A stretch of DNA of 64,000 bases from Asterias rubens (GCF_902459465.1 NC_047081.1:620001-684000), one strand, 5' to 3'; positions 25,405 through 38,611 are shown, counted from the first letter of the stretch. Notes: generated by a model not told the origin, from the letters alone. A program made the numbers and translations.

Positions 25405-25535
25405 GGATGTGCACTTATTCTTTTGATAAAGCGAGTCCGAATATGTTCATGACGTCTGAATGTACACATATTTTTGACGGCGTATCCGAAAGTGCAATTC
25501 ATGTCATGACGTCTGAATGTGCACATCTTTTGATA
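25405..25535. repeat. ~59-bp direct repeat, about 2.3 copies
   Basis: CATGACGTCTGAATGT.CACAT.TTTTGA occurs twice, plus an upstream partial copy. Confidence 0.75.
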
Positions 25536-25545
25536 ATAATATTGT

Positions 25546-25913
25546 TTAAAGGCACTGTACACGTTTGGTAATTGTCAAAGACCAGTCTTCTCACTTGGTG
25601 TATCCCATCATAAGCATAAAATAACAAGCCTGTGCAAATTTGGGCTCAATTGGTCATCGAAGTTGGGGAAAAATGATGAAAGAAAAAACACCGTTGTTGG
25701 ACGAAATTGTGTGCTTTCAGACAGGAATAAAATACTTCTAGCGAGAAGTCTTTTAGTGAGAAATTACCTCTTTTTAAAAAACTACAATACTTCAGAGGGA
25801 GTCGTTTCCCACAATGTTTTATTCTATCAACAGCTCCCCAATGCTCATCACCAAGTCAGTTTTTAAGATTATATTTGTTTTGAGTAATTACCCAACGTGT
25901 ACCTTCCCTTTAA
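25546..25913. mobile_element. Kolobok-like MITE family A, variant TIRs
   Basis: TTAA-AGGCACTGTACACGTTTGGTAATT ... AATTACCCAACGTGTACCTTCCCT-TTAA. Confidence 0.9.
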
Positions 25914-27908
25914 AGAAATTTAAACAAACAAAATAAATACACAATTATATCAATACAAGATTCATTTAGAGCCACAAGATACTGTTCTGGTCAATAATAC
26001 TAATATATCATACTGGGTATAAGAGTGACAGGCTTAAGAAAGTGGAAAGATTTTTATCCACAATCTAAAAAAACAAAAGTCTACAAAACCCAAGTCCTAC
26101 AAGTTCTTCCTTTCTGTGGTCATGTGGTTTTATTTTCAAAATTATTATAGAAAGCTACAACTTATTTAATTCACATGAACGAAGGATTATGAAAAAAATA
26201 CTAATTAGGTCAAATATCAGCAGGATATGATAAAAACGCTCTCCCAAAACCAATACAGCAATTTCTTAATTAAAGCAGTACACCGATCCCAATCCAGAGG
26301 GTAAAACTGCAGACATTAACACTCGTATTGTTTTCAATGGAAACAAAAATAGCGGATATTATTCCACTCCCCTTGGAGAACAAAGTGCAAGTTGTGATTA
26401 CGTTCTTGGTGGTCACGTTTGATCACCTCTTGATTAGTTTCGAGCAAAATCTCATGGCTCGACCCCTGACCTGAAGTTCTACTTTTCAACAATGAAAAGG
26501 AGGTCAAGTCAAGAAAAAATAAAAAGGGTGTTCTCGTAATGATTCTTTCATTGATTAATGTTGCCCCAAAATAAAAATTTAAATTTGATACCCTGCATCT
26601 AGGTTGATCCAGAATTCCAATCTGTCAAACCTGGAACTTTTAGGGGTTTTATATTTTTGATGGGTTTCGATAAAATAATTTGCGGTTTGCGTCAGCTTGA
26701 TCCAGTTTTAAGGCATTCGAATTGAGCTGACTTGTGACGGCGGCCATTTTGAATTGCCCTTTTATCGCAGTCATTTTTTTTATTCCTTGATTAATTATTC
26801 ATGTATTTATTTATTTCGTAAGCTAATATAAGAGAATCAATACTTCTTTGAGTCAAATGTACCTTTTTACAATGCTTGCAATATGTAAGGGATTTCAAGT
26901 TTTCTTACGTGCATGTTATCACTTTTGCGTCTGAATCAAATATTCAGATTAATGCCCGGATGAAGAAAACAAATTACAATTGTTTTCCGTTCGTCTTTTT
27001 TTCATCTCTTGAGGTAAGGACCGCAGCGGCTCAAGACATCAAAGACCGAAGTTTGCACAATTTAAAGTACAGATAATACCTACTAATCTACCCCTGACAG
27101 ATACAGCGCACAGAGGACGGGCCGACCATCCCGGAATTCCCGACCCGTGTTCTAGATCTTTACGTTCGGCCCACGTCCTCACAGACAGTAGGTCCCAAAA
27201 CATGTCATCAAATACACCCGCGAAGAAAGCAATACATGAAGAAACTGGGTCTTGAGCAGTCAGGCAACTGACCAGTAAGTGTGTGTGTTAAGTAGGAGAA
27301 GAGGCTGGGGGCTAGACATCTTAAGATGAGACCGTGAGATACATGCAACTAGGTCGGACATGGCGGAAAGTCATCACCGGGGTTGAGGGCTGTCATCACG
27401 CCGTGCTTGGCGGATCAATCACGGCAGAGGGGGAAGCCAGAAAACGCATCCAAGTTCACCGCATAAAGCGTACTTTTTTCTTTCACTCGTACCAGACAGG
27501 CAGACAAAACTTGTCTGTTAAAACCGAACGGGGAATCTGATTAGGTTATGTAAAGTTAAGCAATGAGACCAATGTTAACAACACCGAAGTGTTTGTTAAC
27601 ATGACTAGTGCACAACCGATTCAGGTCCAATTCGGAATGTGATGATGAATGCATGTGTCTGTTCCTCAACAACGTTCTGAACGGTTCAGCACAACTTTTG
27701 TTTATAGTGACTTACACTAATTCTCATCCAATTCGTCAAAAAAGAGTTGGTGGTGGTGGTGGTGGTGGAGGGGTGGCCATTGATATGGCTCTTACCTAAA
27801 TACAATTGAGTTATTATATGGAGTAAATTAATTTACCCACACCCGACATGGTTAAAAAAAATTAGTTATTACGTGTATTGAGTTTATATACCCTCAAATG
27901 CATGGACA

Positions 27909-27962
27909 AGTATCACCGAGCATCAACGGATATCACCGAGCATCAACGAGCATCACCGAGTG
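27909..27962. repeat. Short tandem repeat (ATCACCGAGCATCAACG)x~3; (GGT)7 lies nearby at ~27748-27768
   Basis: Direct reading of the sequence. Confidence 0.8.
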
Positions 27963-28237
27963 GTACCGAAGCTTGGATTTCGATTGCCGAATGCCAGCTT
28001 TGTACAACAGACAGTTGAAGCCGGGTAAATCGTTTGAACACAGAATGTGTGAAACAATTCATGTGACGTCACAAGCAACCAAGACTTTTAATAAGAAATT
28101 GTAGATTGGAAACGAGTAAGCTCTTTACAAGTCAGACAAATGGTGTGGTACAGTTTTCTACAAAATTAATGGACTTTCTAAAACATACTTGTAACATTTT
28201 CAAAGTCGTACATCGAGCATCGAGAAAGAGTTCCAAA

Positions 28238-28378
28238 GGGGTCAATTCACAAGGAGTTAGTACTACTTATAACTTAGGACTGGTCCTAGGAGATAATAAA
28301 GAACTGAAGGCTAGTCCTATTAGTAAAAGGACGAAACTCGTCCTAACTCGAGATTCGAAACACTTTTGAAATCCACCC
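28238..28378. mobile_element. MITE with GGGGTSRATTTCA-type TIRs
   Basis: GGGGTCAATTCACAA ... TTGAAATCCACCC; right arm matches 63900-63950 in reverse complement. Confidence 0.7.
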
Positions 28379-28836
28379 AAGGCCTACGTGGTAGCGTTAT
28401 ATAAAACACCACCCAAAGCTGAGGGCTACGTCATCGGACATGATTAAGTGTGAAAACAGCCTCCATAGACATTCCATGGTGACTTGCCGCACGCATACCG
28501 CGTTAGTCGGCCTGAACGATGAGGGCCCGGGACGCCATTTACCAGGATGTGGAGCAAACATTGGTCTCCCGAAAAGAGAATTTCTGTCATTAACCTGTAC
28601 CTCGCATGACTTGTACTTTGATGAGATACTCGGATAAATGGAACCAGGTATACGGGTTTAATGAGAGACATCTACATTAGACGGGTATTCAACATTACTT
28701 CGACATCTACCCTTGAGCTTATTACAAGATACACATTGTTGGGTATTTTTTGGTGAGGAACTGTACTTGTGGGTGCTTTTTATTGTGGGGTTTACCCCAC
28801 AATGTTTTCAGCTGGAAAGATTGTAGAAAAGGAATC

Positions 28837-29079
28837 ATATGGAAAGGTTTGCGGTAGCACCATGTTATGACTAGCTCTTAATGAGTTGGGGTGGTTCTAA
28901 AAAGAACCGCTGGTTTCAACTCGACTTTTCGATCAGTATGCTCTGATCGTCTTCTTTCTCCAGAAGACTTTTAGAGCATACTGATCGAAACGTCGAGTTG
29001 AAACCAACGGTTCTTTTTAGAACCACCCCAACTCATTAGAGATAGTCATTACATGGTGTTACCCCAAACCTTTCCATAT
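28837..29079. mobile_element. Inverted pair of Penelope-like pseudo-LTR fragments with degenerate hammerhead motifs
   Basis: ~110-bp arms are reverse complements; centre carries GAAGAC-GATCAG-AGCATA-CTGATC-GAAA(C/A)GTC-GAG on opposite strands; a single-arm copy lies at 61347-61433. Confidence 0.7.
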
Positions 29080-29149
29080 CGTATTTCCACCATGCAAAGG
29101 TTGAAATCCTACTTAAAAGGAATAATGACAACACCATGGGTAAAGCCCA

Positions 29150-29215
29150 CAATGTGCCTTGAACACCCAGCAGGGTGGATATGTGCGCATTACAAGTCTT
29201 ATTATTATTATTAAT
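29150..29215 (+). mobile_element. L2-type LINE/SINE 3' tail fragment
   Basis: GCCTTGAACACCC...GGATATGTGCGCATTACAAGTC(TTA)n, resembling the tail at 39960-40032. Confidence 0.55.
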
Positions 29216-32200
29216 GTCACTCTTAACAAATCTGATTTAAATAATTGACGGAGGATCCGAAAGTGCAATATTACTTTGTAGCTTTCTTACTTCAGTGTCT
29301 CTGTTTGTTTGTTTGTTTGCAATGACATTGTTAGTGACATTATTAGCACTAGCGTCGCCCTCTAGTGACAGGTTGAAAAAAGAAGAGAAACAAAATATGC
29401 TATTTCAATATTTTCCCCCTACATAACTATCTTATAGGCATACAAATAAGTTGTATGACAATGTGTGAAAGCAAACTGAACTGCATGCCATGGGTTAAAA
29501 ACACAAAATTACATTTACTTCGACCGAGATAACGCAGTTTTCTGTCTTCGCCGGTAACTGTTTCATGGTTAGATGTTTTATATTGCAAATTGAGTGTACA
29601 AAATTCGACATGAAATAGTAACCGTAATGACAAACGTATGTGTATACGTGTTATAATCATTTCGATATCAGCTAGTGTAACAAACATGTATCAAATTGGC
29701 GCGGGACTAGGGTGTTTCCAAAGTGACACATTTTGAGTCATTTTTTTCTAGCCATAATGTCCAGAAATCTCGTCAAATGAAATAAAGGTAAAGTTCCGTA
29801 TCCAGCCACCACTTTTCATTCGATATAAATTATAATGTAGTATTATTTACCTCAACGAGATATCCCTGTTTGTAAAAACGAGTTGTAGAGTGGTGGCGTG
29901 ATGCACAAAGTTACCCCTCGGTGTTGCTGGACAGGTATGATAGGCAACATACACCATAGCACCATGTAAACCATTATACATGGTGCTATGAGAAGGAAAT
30001 GGCATCATGTACCACAAATGTAACTCCATACTTGCAGGATAAAATACTGAATGCTTTGATACCACCACCCACCCCCCCCCCCCTTCCAGGGGTGTGATTA
30101 AAACACTAATAAGAACGAAGTTTTATTTATTTATTAATTTATTTAGTGGTACAGAGTACAATATTCAGGTTGACTTCAACATGCGGCCATTACCTCCTCA
30201 ACTAACCATTTCATTTCAAGGTACTGTATATTGGACGTAGGACAGAAAGCAGACAAGAAGTCTCGTTTCGTTTTATATGTAGCATAAAAAAAACTGAATG
30301 AAAACTGACTATTTACTCACTTTAGAATGATTTCAATCCGTTGAACAAGTTGTCGTTCAAGTTGGCTGTCGTGCATGGTCCAATATCCATATATTCTGTG
30401 ACTCCCACAAAAAGAAACGACCCTCCACTCCCACTCCAACCAAATGACGAAACAATTGTCCACGTTTGTGATGTAACCCTTTATGTTTAATTCACTGACT
30501 TTTGTTCGTATGGAATCTTCTATTGTTATGTTGGAAGGCTTCATAATTGAATGGGTGTACCTCAAAACCGTATACGGTTCACTTACAAAGCACACCCCCC
30601 GCCCTTTGCAGCCTCTCTTCAAGGGGCGTGGCTTTCAGGCATCTGAATTTCCTGAATACTTCAGTGGATTTTCGAGCCTGGGGTACCCCCCCCCCCCTTA
30701 TATAGGAAGACCAGCGTTTCCCTTTTGTAATACAGAGGTACCTACCCCCCCCCCCCTCAAACGTAGCTGTGTATTGAAAGATTTGACACATGGAATTTGT
30801 GGTTGTTGGACGCCATTTAAAGTCCGAATACACTGCATCACAATTCAATAATATGCAGTCTAGTCTGGCACCCTGTGTGCACACATGCGGATTTGTTTTT
30901 GCAACAAAATTTGCGTTTAATCAAACAGTGTCTCATGAGGCTCTGGCATAATCAGATTGAAGTTTCTGCTCCTCTGGAAATTAAGAAAGTTTGAGGAATG
31001 GTCGAATTATGACCGCTGAGCATGGATATGTTGTTGAAGCCCCTTGATTATATAAGAACGTACTGATATTATGCAAACAGTAAACAAAAAAAGATAATAA
31101 ACGGTCGACAAAGGTCATTATAATCAAGAATTTGTTTATTCACAAGAATCAATTTGTTCAAACTAAAAAATAAAAACAAAATAAAATTAATTAAGAGGTG
31201 AAGATATCATAGAGTGCAAAACAACGTGAACCGTTTAAACAAGGTAAAATGTAGAAGTTTGAATTAAAAGAAACATAAATGAAGAAGTCCCTCTTGGTGT
31301 TGTTTAATGCGTTTCCTAAAGACAAGCAGAATATAGTAAACGAAACGTCGTGAACAGAACCCAATGCTCTTAGAGATAACCCTCCTTCCAAGTAAGACAT
31401 TCAGTGGATGTACCCGTAGAAATACTGACCAGAGAAATAATGACTAGTTATTCTTTCAAGCAAAAAGAAAAAAGTAAACTAGTTGTGAACAAACTTCACG
31501 GATTGTTTCAGCCTAGTTCATAGAACTCTTTTGCGAAAAAGGTAAAAAAAAAATCAAATAATAGCCTCAGTCTTTATAAGAAGTATGTATGTAAGCAGAA
31601 AATACTGCTTTTTGGCGGCCGTTGTTCGGCAGACATAAGTATATTATTACTACTGTAGCAGTGAGAAGTTTTTAACCAATCACAACTACTTGACATAAAT
31701 TATGATATACGGTATTTTGTGCTTGTAATATTTTAGTCTGCTAAGAGCTATTGATCAGATTAGTTCTGTGTCTAAGCAGATTAATGAAAAGAGACAAGTT
31801 CAGTCCCTGGTTTATAAACAGTTCGTCTCAACCATGTTATTGTATTGCTACTACTGAAAGTGAAATACTGACTGGTTAATCTTTCTAGCAAACTGAAAAC
31901 AATTTGTTCGTTATTTATTTAATAAAAAATTAATAAATAAATAATTAATAATAAATCTTACGGTTAAAAAGTCCCCATTGGTCACCTTTCCTGTACACGC
32001 ACGTAAGATTACAAAGCCGATGGCGAAATGAGCCAACCTATTTGTAAACACACCGAGATTGGTTTAATCACGTGATAGTGTTGGTAAAGTGAACATGGTT
32101 GCCTTTTGTGACACGGAGGTATTTGGGGGAAAGTTATTGAGGTCTTTAGCGGGGTGCATGTTTTTAAATTAAAAAGAAAAACAGTAGATCAGTTCCGAGA

Positions 32201-33394
32201 ATTATAAAATCGAAAACAAATTTTTAAAAAGTTTTTAGTTGTTCTCATTATGATAAACAAGGTTAAAAGAATTTAAAAACTAACTTTTTTCTGTATTCTT
32301 GCCTTTTCCGTTTTAAAAGGATGGACAAAATAAGCACAGAAAACATTCAAAGCCGACAAAACAAACAGACAATGTTTTTAAAATGTAGACAGAAAAGAGC
32401 AACCTTAAATAATTATCTTAATAAATTATAATTTCTGCTCCGATAAAGTAAACCCTGTTTGTTGACTTATATACACAATGAAAACAGATTTGCTTCTTAA
32501 ATTTTGACAGAAAAACATTTTTCAATCAATTTAATAATGATTTTTTTAACCGTTTCTTTCCAATATATAGAAACTTTGACATCTAATTACATACAAACCT
32601 TTTATACTTCTATCAAATCCTTTGGCGATTAAAGTACAATTGATTTTCGTCACAAGAAAAACGAAAAGATATGTCATTAAATGTACACCCTAAAACCGTT
32701 CCCGGTCATAAATATTGATTATGTGTTTGAATATTTTCCTTGCCGTAATTTCACGTAAGTAAACACATACCATTCACTCAATGGGCATGGTCCATTGTAA
32801 AATTCTTCGCTAAAATTTCACAATCGCAGGGAAACACCAAACAGCGGAGCATCCCATGTGAGAGTACGAATGTTTGTGTTTACTTTTGGCTTATGACTTA
32901 TTTATCAGTGTCTGTTTACTTTTGGTTATTATTTGATTATTGTTTGTGTTTACTTTTCACTTTTGATTATTATTTTAGCAGTATAGGGTAACAAGCTTTC
33001 CCTTTTTTCCGTCACGGAAATACATAAAGTTCTTACAAAATCAGATTGTGATGCTTAACTTTGATACATACAAAAAATCTGTGCTCAAAATCTTTGGGAT
33101 AATGTGACCTTTTCTGTTGTATTTATACTGTGGTGCCAAAAAAAAAAAAAAAAACCCAACTTGCAATAATTTGTTCTGGCTGAAATACCAACAAATGTGT
33201 TAGAGTGATGGTTTTGTATTTGCACATACAGCAAGAAAGCAACTTCTTCCAGTTGTATTAATATTCAAGATGGCTCCCCTCCATAGCATCGCTGCTTGAC
33301 CAATCGCAAAACAGGACGTGATGACGTCATAGCCAACCTCTTAAAAATAGCAGACGACAATAGTCGGCGTACAATAAGTCCCGATAACACCCGA

Positions 33395-33400
33395 TTTATT
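33395..33400 (-). terminator. Candidate Pitx polyadenylation signal AATAAA (alternative at 31914-31919)
   Basis: First minus-strand AATAAA after the stop codon; no transcript evidence. Confidence 0.3.
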
Positions 33401-33534
33401 TATACCAAACTTATTTTGTTTGTGACCATATCAAGGGCTGAATACTGTTTGCACATCACCTTCAAAAGCCTCTCATAAACCTGAATTGAAAGCCAGATGA
33501 GGATAAAGTTTGTTTGGTTCAGACTTTATCTCAT

Positions 33535-34062
33535 TCATGCTGGGCCGTTGAGTCCGGCATACTGACACGCTGATAGAGTTGGTGATTGCCGGACGGGGTA
33601 GCTAAATCCACTCATTGATGTCGAATGTTGCTTGGCTTTAAGGCGAAGGGAGGCAATACTACTCGAGCAAGGCTCCCGGTAGACGTACGGAGAGGCCGGT
33701 ACTGATGCGTACGGGCACGCCGCAGCCCCGGGTGAATTGTTCAGGTTCTGATGGCTCATCACACCGTTCACCGGTGAGGAAGGGAAACTAGAACTCATCG
33801 ACGTCTGAGAGTTGAAACACATGGGTTGGTTTGATACTCCGGCAAGGGGATTGACGGAATTCAGCGACCATGGAAAGCTCTTCGCTCCGAGGGGGTTTGA
33901 GGCGGACTTAGCGGCCCAGTTGTTGTAGGAGTACCCGGAGTAGAGCCCGTCATCGAATGGTTGCATCAAGCCGTTGAATTGAGCGCCGAACCCGTTCTTC
34001 AACTCGTTCATGTGATTCCTTTCTCGTTTACGCCATTTTGCACGACGATTCTTAAACCAAAT
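33535..34062 (-). CDS. Pitx: Pitx last coding exon: homeodomain helix 3, Pitx motif, OAR domain
   Basis: Acceptor TTCTTGTTACAG|ATT at 34063; [14 protein letters not shown] (K50), [39 protein letters not shown] and LSACQY; stop at 33535-33537. Confidence 0.97.
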   Translation of the reverse strand: MWFKNRRAKWRKRERNHMNELKNGFGAQFNGLMQPFDDGLYSGYSYNNWAAKSASNPLGAKSFPWSLNSVNPLAGVSNQPMCFNSQTSMSSSFPSSPVNGVMSHQNLNNSPGAAACPYASVPASPYVYREPCSSSIASLRLKAKQHSTSMSGFSYPVRQSPTLSACQYAGLNGPA

Positions 34063-35542
34063 CTGTAACAAGAAAAAAACATGAAAAGAATTTATCAATT
34101 AATAATATAAAAACATAAACTATGTCAAAAATGGTAAAATCAAGCATTGTACTGCTTTTAAGTGCCACTGATAACCCCAAAATAAACAACAATACAAAGT
34201 AAAGAAAGTACGCTATAAAGTCAGCACTTTCATATAGGCCAAACTAGTGCCGACATGTTCAGCAAAAAAAAGAAGCGAAAAACACAAACACTTATAAATT
34301 GGTCGAAATTTTTTCGAGCATGAATAAAACAGTGACTATCATGAGCAAAATAATATTTGATTTGGGGTTAAATAAATAAAACAAAAGGTACACTTTACAG
34401 ATCAGTGTGAGTTGTATGAAAGAGTCGTTTGTAAAACTTAAGGTTAAAGTTGATACAACTTGTCTTCTCAACAAATTGACCTCACTCAGTATTTGAACAC
34501 ACAATTATACAAAATAGTCGTTTGCTCTGTAACACATGAACAGTTCAAGGATGAAAATGTTTGTGTTTCTTTTATAATGTACCTCCAATCAGTATTTTAG
34601 TTGTATCATTTAAACCTGCATAAAAGAGCCGTCTGCTTCCCTAAATTTCAACAGTTGGAGTTAAGTAAATTTAGTTTTCTTAAAACCATCGCCTCTGATT
34701 TTCCTCTAACATAATTTCCACACAAGTCGAATGTATTCTGGAAACACATGGGCTAACTCTATGTACATTATACAACACATCAGAGCATTGTGAGTCATAC
34801 AACCGCTTAGCAGACGACCCCCGTACAAAGTTTCACTCAACAGTTTCTCATCTTTTCCCGCCCGATGAGCCGTACGGAACGGAATTGGCGGGAAATGACA
34901 ACCTTGGCAACCCTTCACAATTTCCCTACACCGTGTGTGGGTAAAGAAAGAGAGAGAGAAGGGGGGGGGGGGGTGAAGAGAATGTCTTCGGAACACCAAG
35001 ACGCGCTAGCTTCAGCGTGCCTTCCCATTTCTTGCCTCCGCGTACACATCCGTCCAGACCCTAGTTTTCCTCATAAGCTCCCGATGAGAGATCTAAGGCC
35101 GACAGTTCATTCGGTATCTTCGAGTCTTTAATCATGTATATGGGTCTCAGGAACGTCTTAAAGTCACCCTGCCAGTCGAAGAAGACATCTAAAGGCAGTT
35201 GCAGGAAAACTTGATTTGTAAAGGTTAACACACTGTTGTTTGTCACTTTGTTTCGAGAGCGTGACGAATGAGATTTTGGGAGTCAACGACAGATTTTTTT
35301 TAAAGAGTTTAAGAATTTCCCTATGGGGGAAAGTCTTACTAGTTATATGACTCCAACAAAGCCAGGGTAGAAGTTTTAATTACTTGCTTGTTATTTTATT
35401 ATCAGTTAGGGATGTTTAAATCAAGGCCTGGCTGTATTACGATGCAGTAACCATTGTTCAGTCTAATGATAATACAGGCATGGGATTTGAATTGACACAC
35501 TGTCAGTCAGAATGAGACATTGTGTGTCATGAAAAAGATATT

Positions 35543-36029
35543 CAGCAATTCGGCAGTAGCAGCCACAATTCAGCAATGGCAGCCACAATTCGGAAACGAC
35601 AGCCACAATTCGTCAATATAAGCCACAATTCAGCACTAGCAGCCAGAGTTCGACAAGAGCAGCCACAATTCGGCAATGACAGACAAAAGTCTAAAACGGC
35701 AGCACCAAATCGGCAATTACAGCCACAATTCGGCAAGCCAGCCAAAGTTCGGCAATAGAAGCCACAATTCGGCAATGACAGCCACAATTCGGCAATAGCA
35801 GCCAAAGTTCGGCAATGACAACACAATTCAGCAATAGCAGCCACAATTCGGCAATGACAGCAAAAATTAGGCAATAACCGCCACAATTCGGCAATAGCAG
35901 CCAAAATTCGGCAATGACAGCCAAAATTAGGCAATAACAGCCACAATTCGGCAATAGCAGCAACAATTCGGCACTAGCAGCCACTATTCAGCAACGGCAG
36001 CCACAATTCGGCAATAGCAGCCTAAATTC
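35543..36029. repeat. 20-bp minisatellite, ~24 units, in the last Pitx intron
   Basis: Unit CAGCCACAATTCGGCAAT(AG/GA); three units give the 20-aa period in the minus-strand ORFs. Confidence 0.95.
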
Positions 36030-38192
36030 CTCCAAATATTTCCCAAATCGGCCGAACTCAAAACAAAATTCACTACTTAACTCTGAACTTAATATTCCCG
36101 TCGTCAATTCATTACTGCCCTCAAACAATAAGCTGCCCAGTTTCTAATTAGTGGAGAAACAAAGCCAGTCATTCGACCGTTACCAATAGGGTCCTTGATT
36201 CTACTCTACGTCTTAGACTTTCTCGTCTGTTTTTACAAAACAGTTGCACTACTCCTTGACCCAGAAATGTCCAGAGGATCGAGAGAGTGAGTGAGAGGAG
36301 GAATGGTATGTAGTTTCTTAGTGGCAGTTGCCCCACGGCAGGAATTACCCATGCATGGATAAACCTTCTGTCATAGTTGTCATGTTTGGGAAGATGGTAC
36401 TTTTTTTATTGTCAAACAGATTTATTGAGCGCAAGTACAGCGATGTTGCTTGTCATTCGAGTGTATTTCGTACATTGTCCATAGCATATACAAAAGTTTT
36501 TTTTTTTCTTTTTAAACAGCACCATTCCTTCAAACAAGAAATTATGCAAATTAATACTCCTGATTAGGTTTCTGATTAGGCTCAAGCTTGGAGTCGGAAT
36601 AGGCTCAGGTTTAGACTCCGTCAGTAAACATCTTAAAGACGAACACTTTGGTCACATGGCTTACAACAGGCAGATACATGCCTGAAGACGGAGCCTCTGG
36701 GTGCATACAACGAGATTTCAAAAGTGACCAGGGAAAAAAATCTCTAGAGTTAATATGTTTATCTGTGGTTTTGTATATATGCGGCAAAACACCATACGTA
36801 AATAATACCAATGATTGTGGATTATCATTTGTAATTTTCCCCACACTTTCTCTAAAGCGTTTCAGATACCCTAACGTGTCTACCTACCTGACTACACCCC
36901 CCCCCCACACACACACATTGATGTCAACACTACCATGTCAACTATCCTGCACTTTTCTTCATATATTTTATGATTATGATTTTTTCTTCAAGACGGTTCA
37001 AGTTCCCGCCTATTTTCATCATCATCAGCGACCCTCGAAAAACGGTTCATCTGAACCGTCTGATGGTTTTACCACGTCGTGGCACCTTCAGCGGAATCTG
37101 CAATTGCGTCTACCCGGAAACGTGTGAATTCATCTCCACCACGGCCCATCATCTTTAACTTCTTTCACACAAACCCATGTGTGTGGTGGTGTGGTCAGAC
37201 GACTGTTTTATGTCTGGTTTATATTTTCGCATTTCAGCAAGAAAATGAGGCGGTCATCTTGCACATTCACCAGGGATTATTTGCACTGTCATTATTTACG
37301 TGCAGTAAGCACCGGAAGGTAAGCATGCCTTTGAGTGTGCTTACGGTTAACATTGCTTGGAAACAAAATCGCACAGTAAGCACACAATCAGCCTTTATAT
37401 AAGCAGATCTATGACGTTAGGCACTGGTATTTACAGTGTGACATGAAACAGTCATTGACGATCATCAGATCCAGAAAGCAGATAATAATAGGCAGAAGCG
37501 GTAAACCGGGCGAGTACCGACTGGGTGCTCCAGCGCCGCATGGACCGCTGCTACCGTTGAGTGACGATCACCGACAAGGCAGCACTTTTTTTTTCTCTCC
37601 AAACAATTTTCTCAACAGACGCCGACCGGTCTCGTCAACGCAGGTGTCACAAAGTGTACGTTAAGAGTCTGCATTTTAGATAAACCTGAATATAACACCC
37701 GTAGGGTTTTGAGACTTAATAACTTTGGCAGACTTCTGTTTTTGACGAACAAGGGGGAATTAATAATAATAACAAGCGATGTTTTTTCATTTATTTATTC
37801 ATCTTTGCCCTTTTCCTTTCCAAACAAATTCCTGTTTTGTTTTTTACGCCTAAAATATCAACAACTTGTAAAGTTCATTCATTTCTTTTTAATATGTATT
37901 GCAACTTATGGATTGCCTGTTTTCTATTCATCTGTTCTTGGAGCATACATTTATTTTTCTTAGTTCAGTTCCTATTTAGGAATTTGTTTTCATAGAGTCT
38001 CAATTTCAAAACGTTTCAAATTTTATCAAAAGTGACGTGAAAAATCTCTTCCTCATGCCAAGTGTTCCCATCAAAGCGCTTTTTTTTCAATCAAGCCTCA
38101 AGTGTCAAAACTCCTTGAGAATACGCAGCACCGTTTATTCAACCAAACTTCATCAATATAATTAGTTTTGACCCTAATTCAACGGTGTGTAC

Positions 38193-38577
38193 TTAAGGCA
38201 GTGGACACTATTGGTAATTACTCAAAATAATTATTATCATAAAACCTTTCTTGATTACAAGTAATGGGGAGAGGTTGATAGTATAAAACATTGTGAGAAA
38301 CGGCTCCCTCTGAAGTAATGTAGTTTTCGAAAAAGAAGTAATTTTTCACGAATTTGATTTCGAGACCTCAGATTTAGAATTTGAGGTCTCGAAATCAAGC
38401 ATCTGAAAGCACACAATTTCGTGTGACAAGGGTGTTTTTTTCTTTCATTATTATCTCGTAACTTCGACGACCGATTGAGCTCAATTTTCACAGGTTTATT
38501 ATTTTATGCATATGTTGAGATACACCAACTGTGAAGACTAGTCTTTGACAATTACCAATAGTGTCCACTGTCTTTAA
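38193..38577. mobile_element. Kolobok-like MITE family A
   Basis: TTAA-GGCAGTGGACACTATTGGTAATT ... AATTACCAATAGTGTCCACTGTCT-TTAA; very similar to 62265-62650. Confidence 0.92.
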
Positions 38578-38611
38578 GCACCGTTTACTTGGTATTTTCC
38601 CGAAATATGAA

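Noticed and set aside
33535-34098. ORF-track starts at 34098 and 43720 as real N-termini
   Set aside because: The leading residues lie in intron sequence upstream of good AG acceptors at 34063 and 43678.
35542-35984. Cys-rich proteins from ORFs 35542-35946 and 35691-35984
   Set aside because: They are translations of a stop-free 20-bp minisatellite.
36816-36823. FoxH1 site (TGTGGATT) as evidence of a vertebrate-type asymmetric enhancer
   Set aside because: A single site is expected by chance, and FoxH1 is reported absent from sea urchin.
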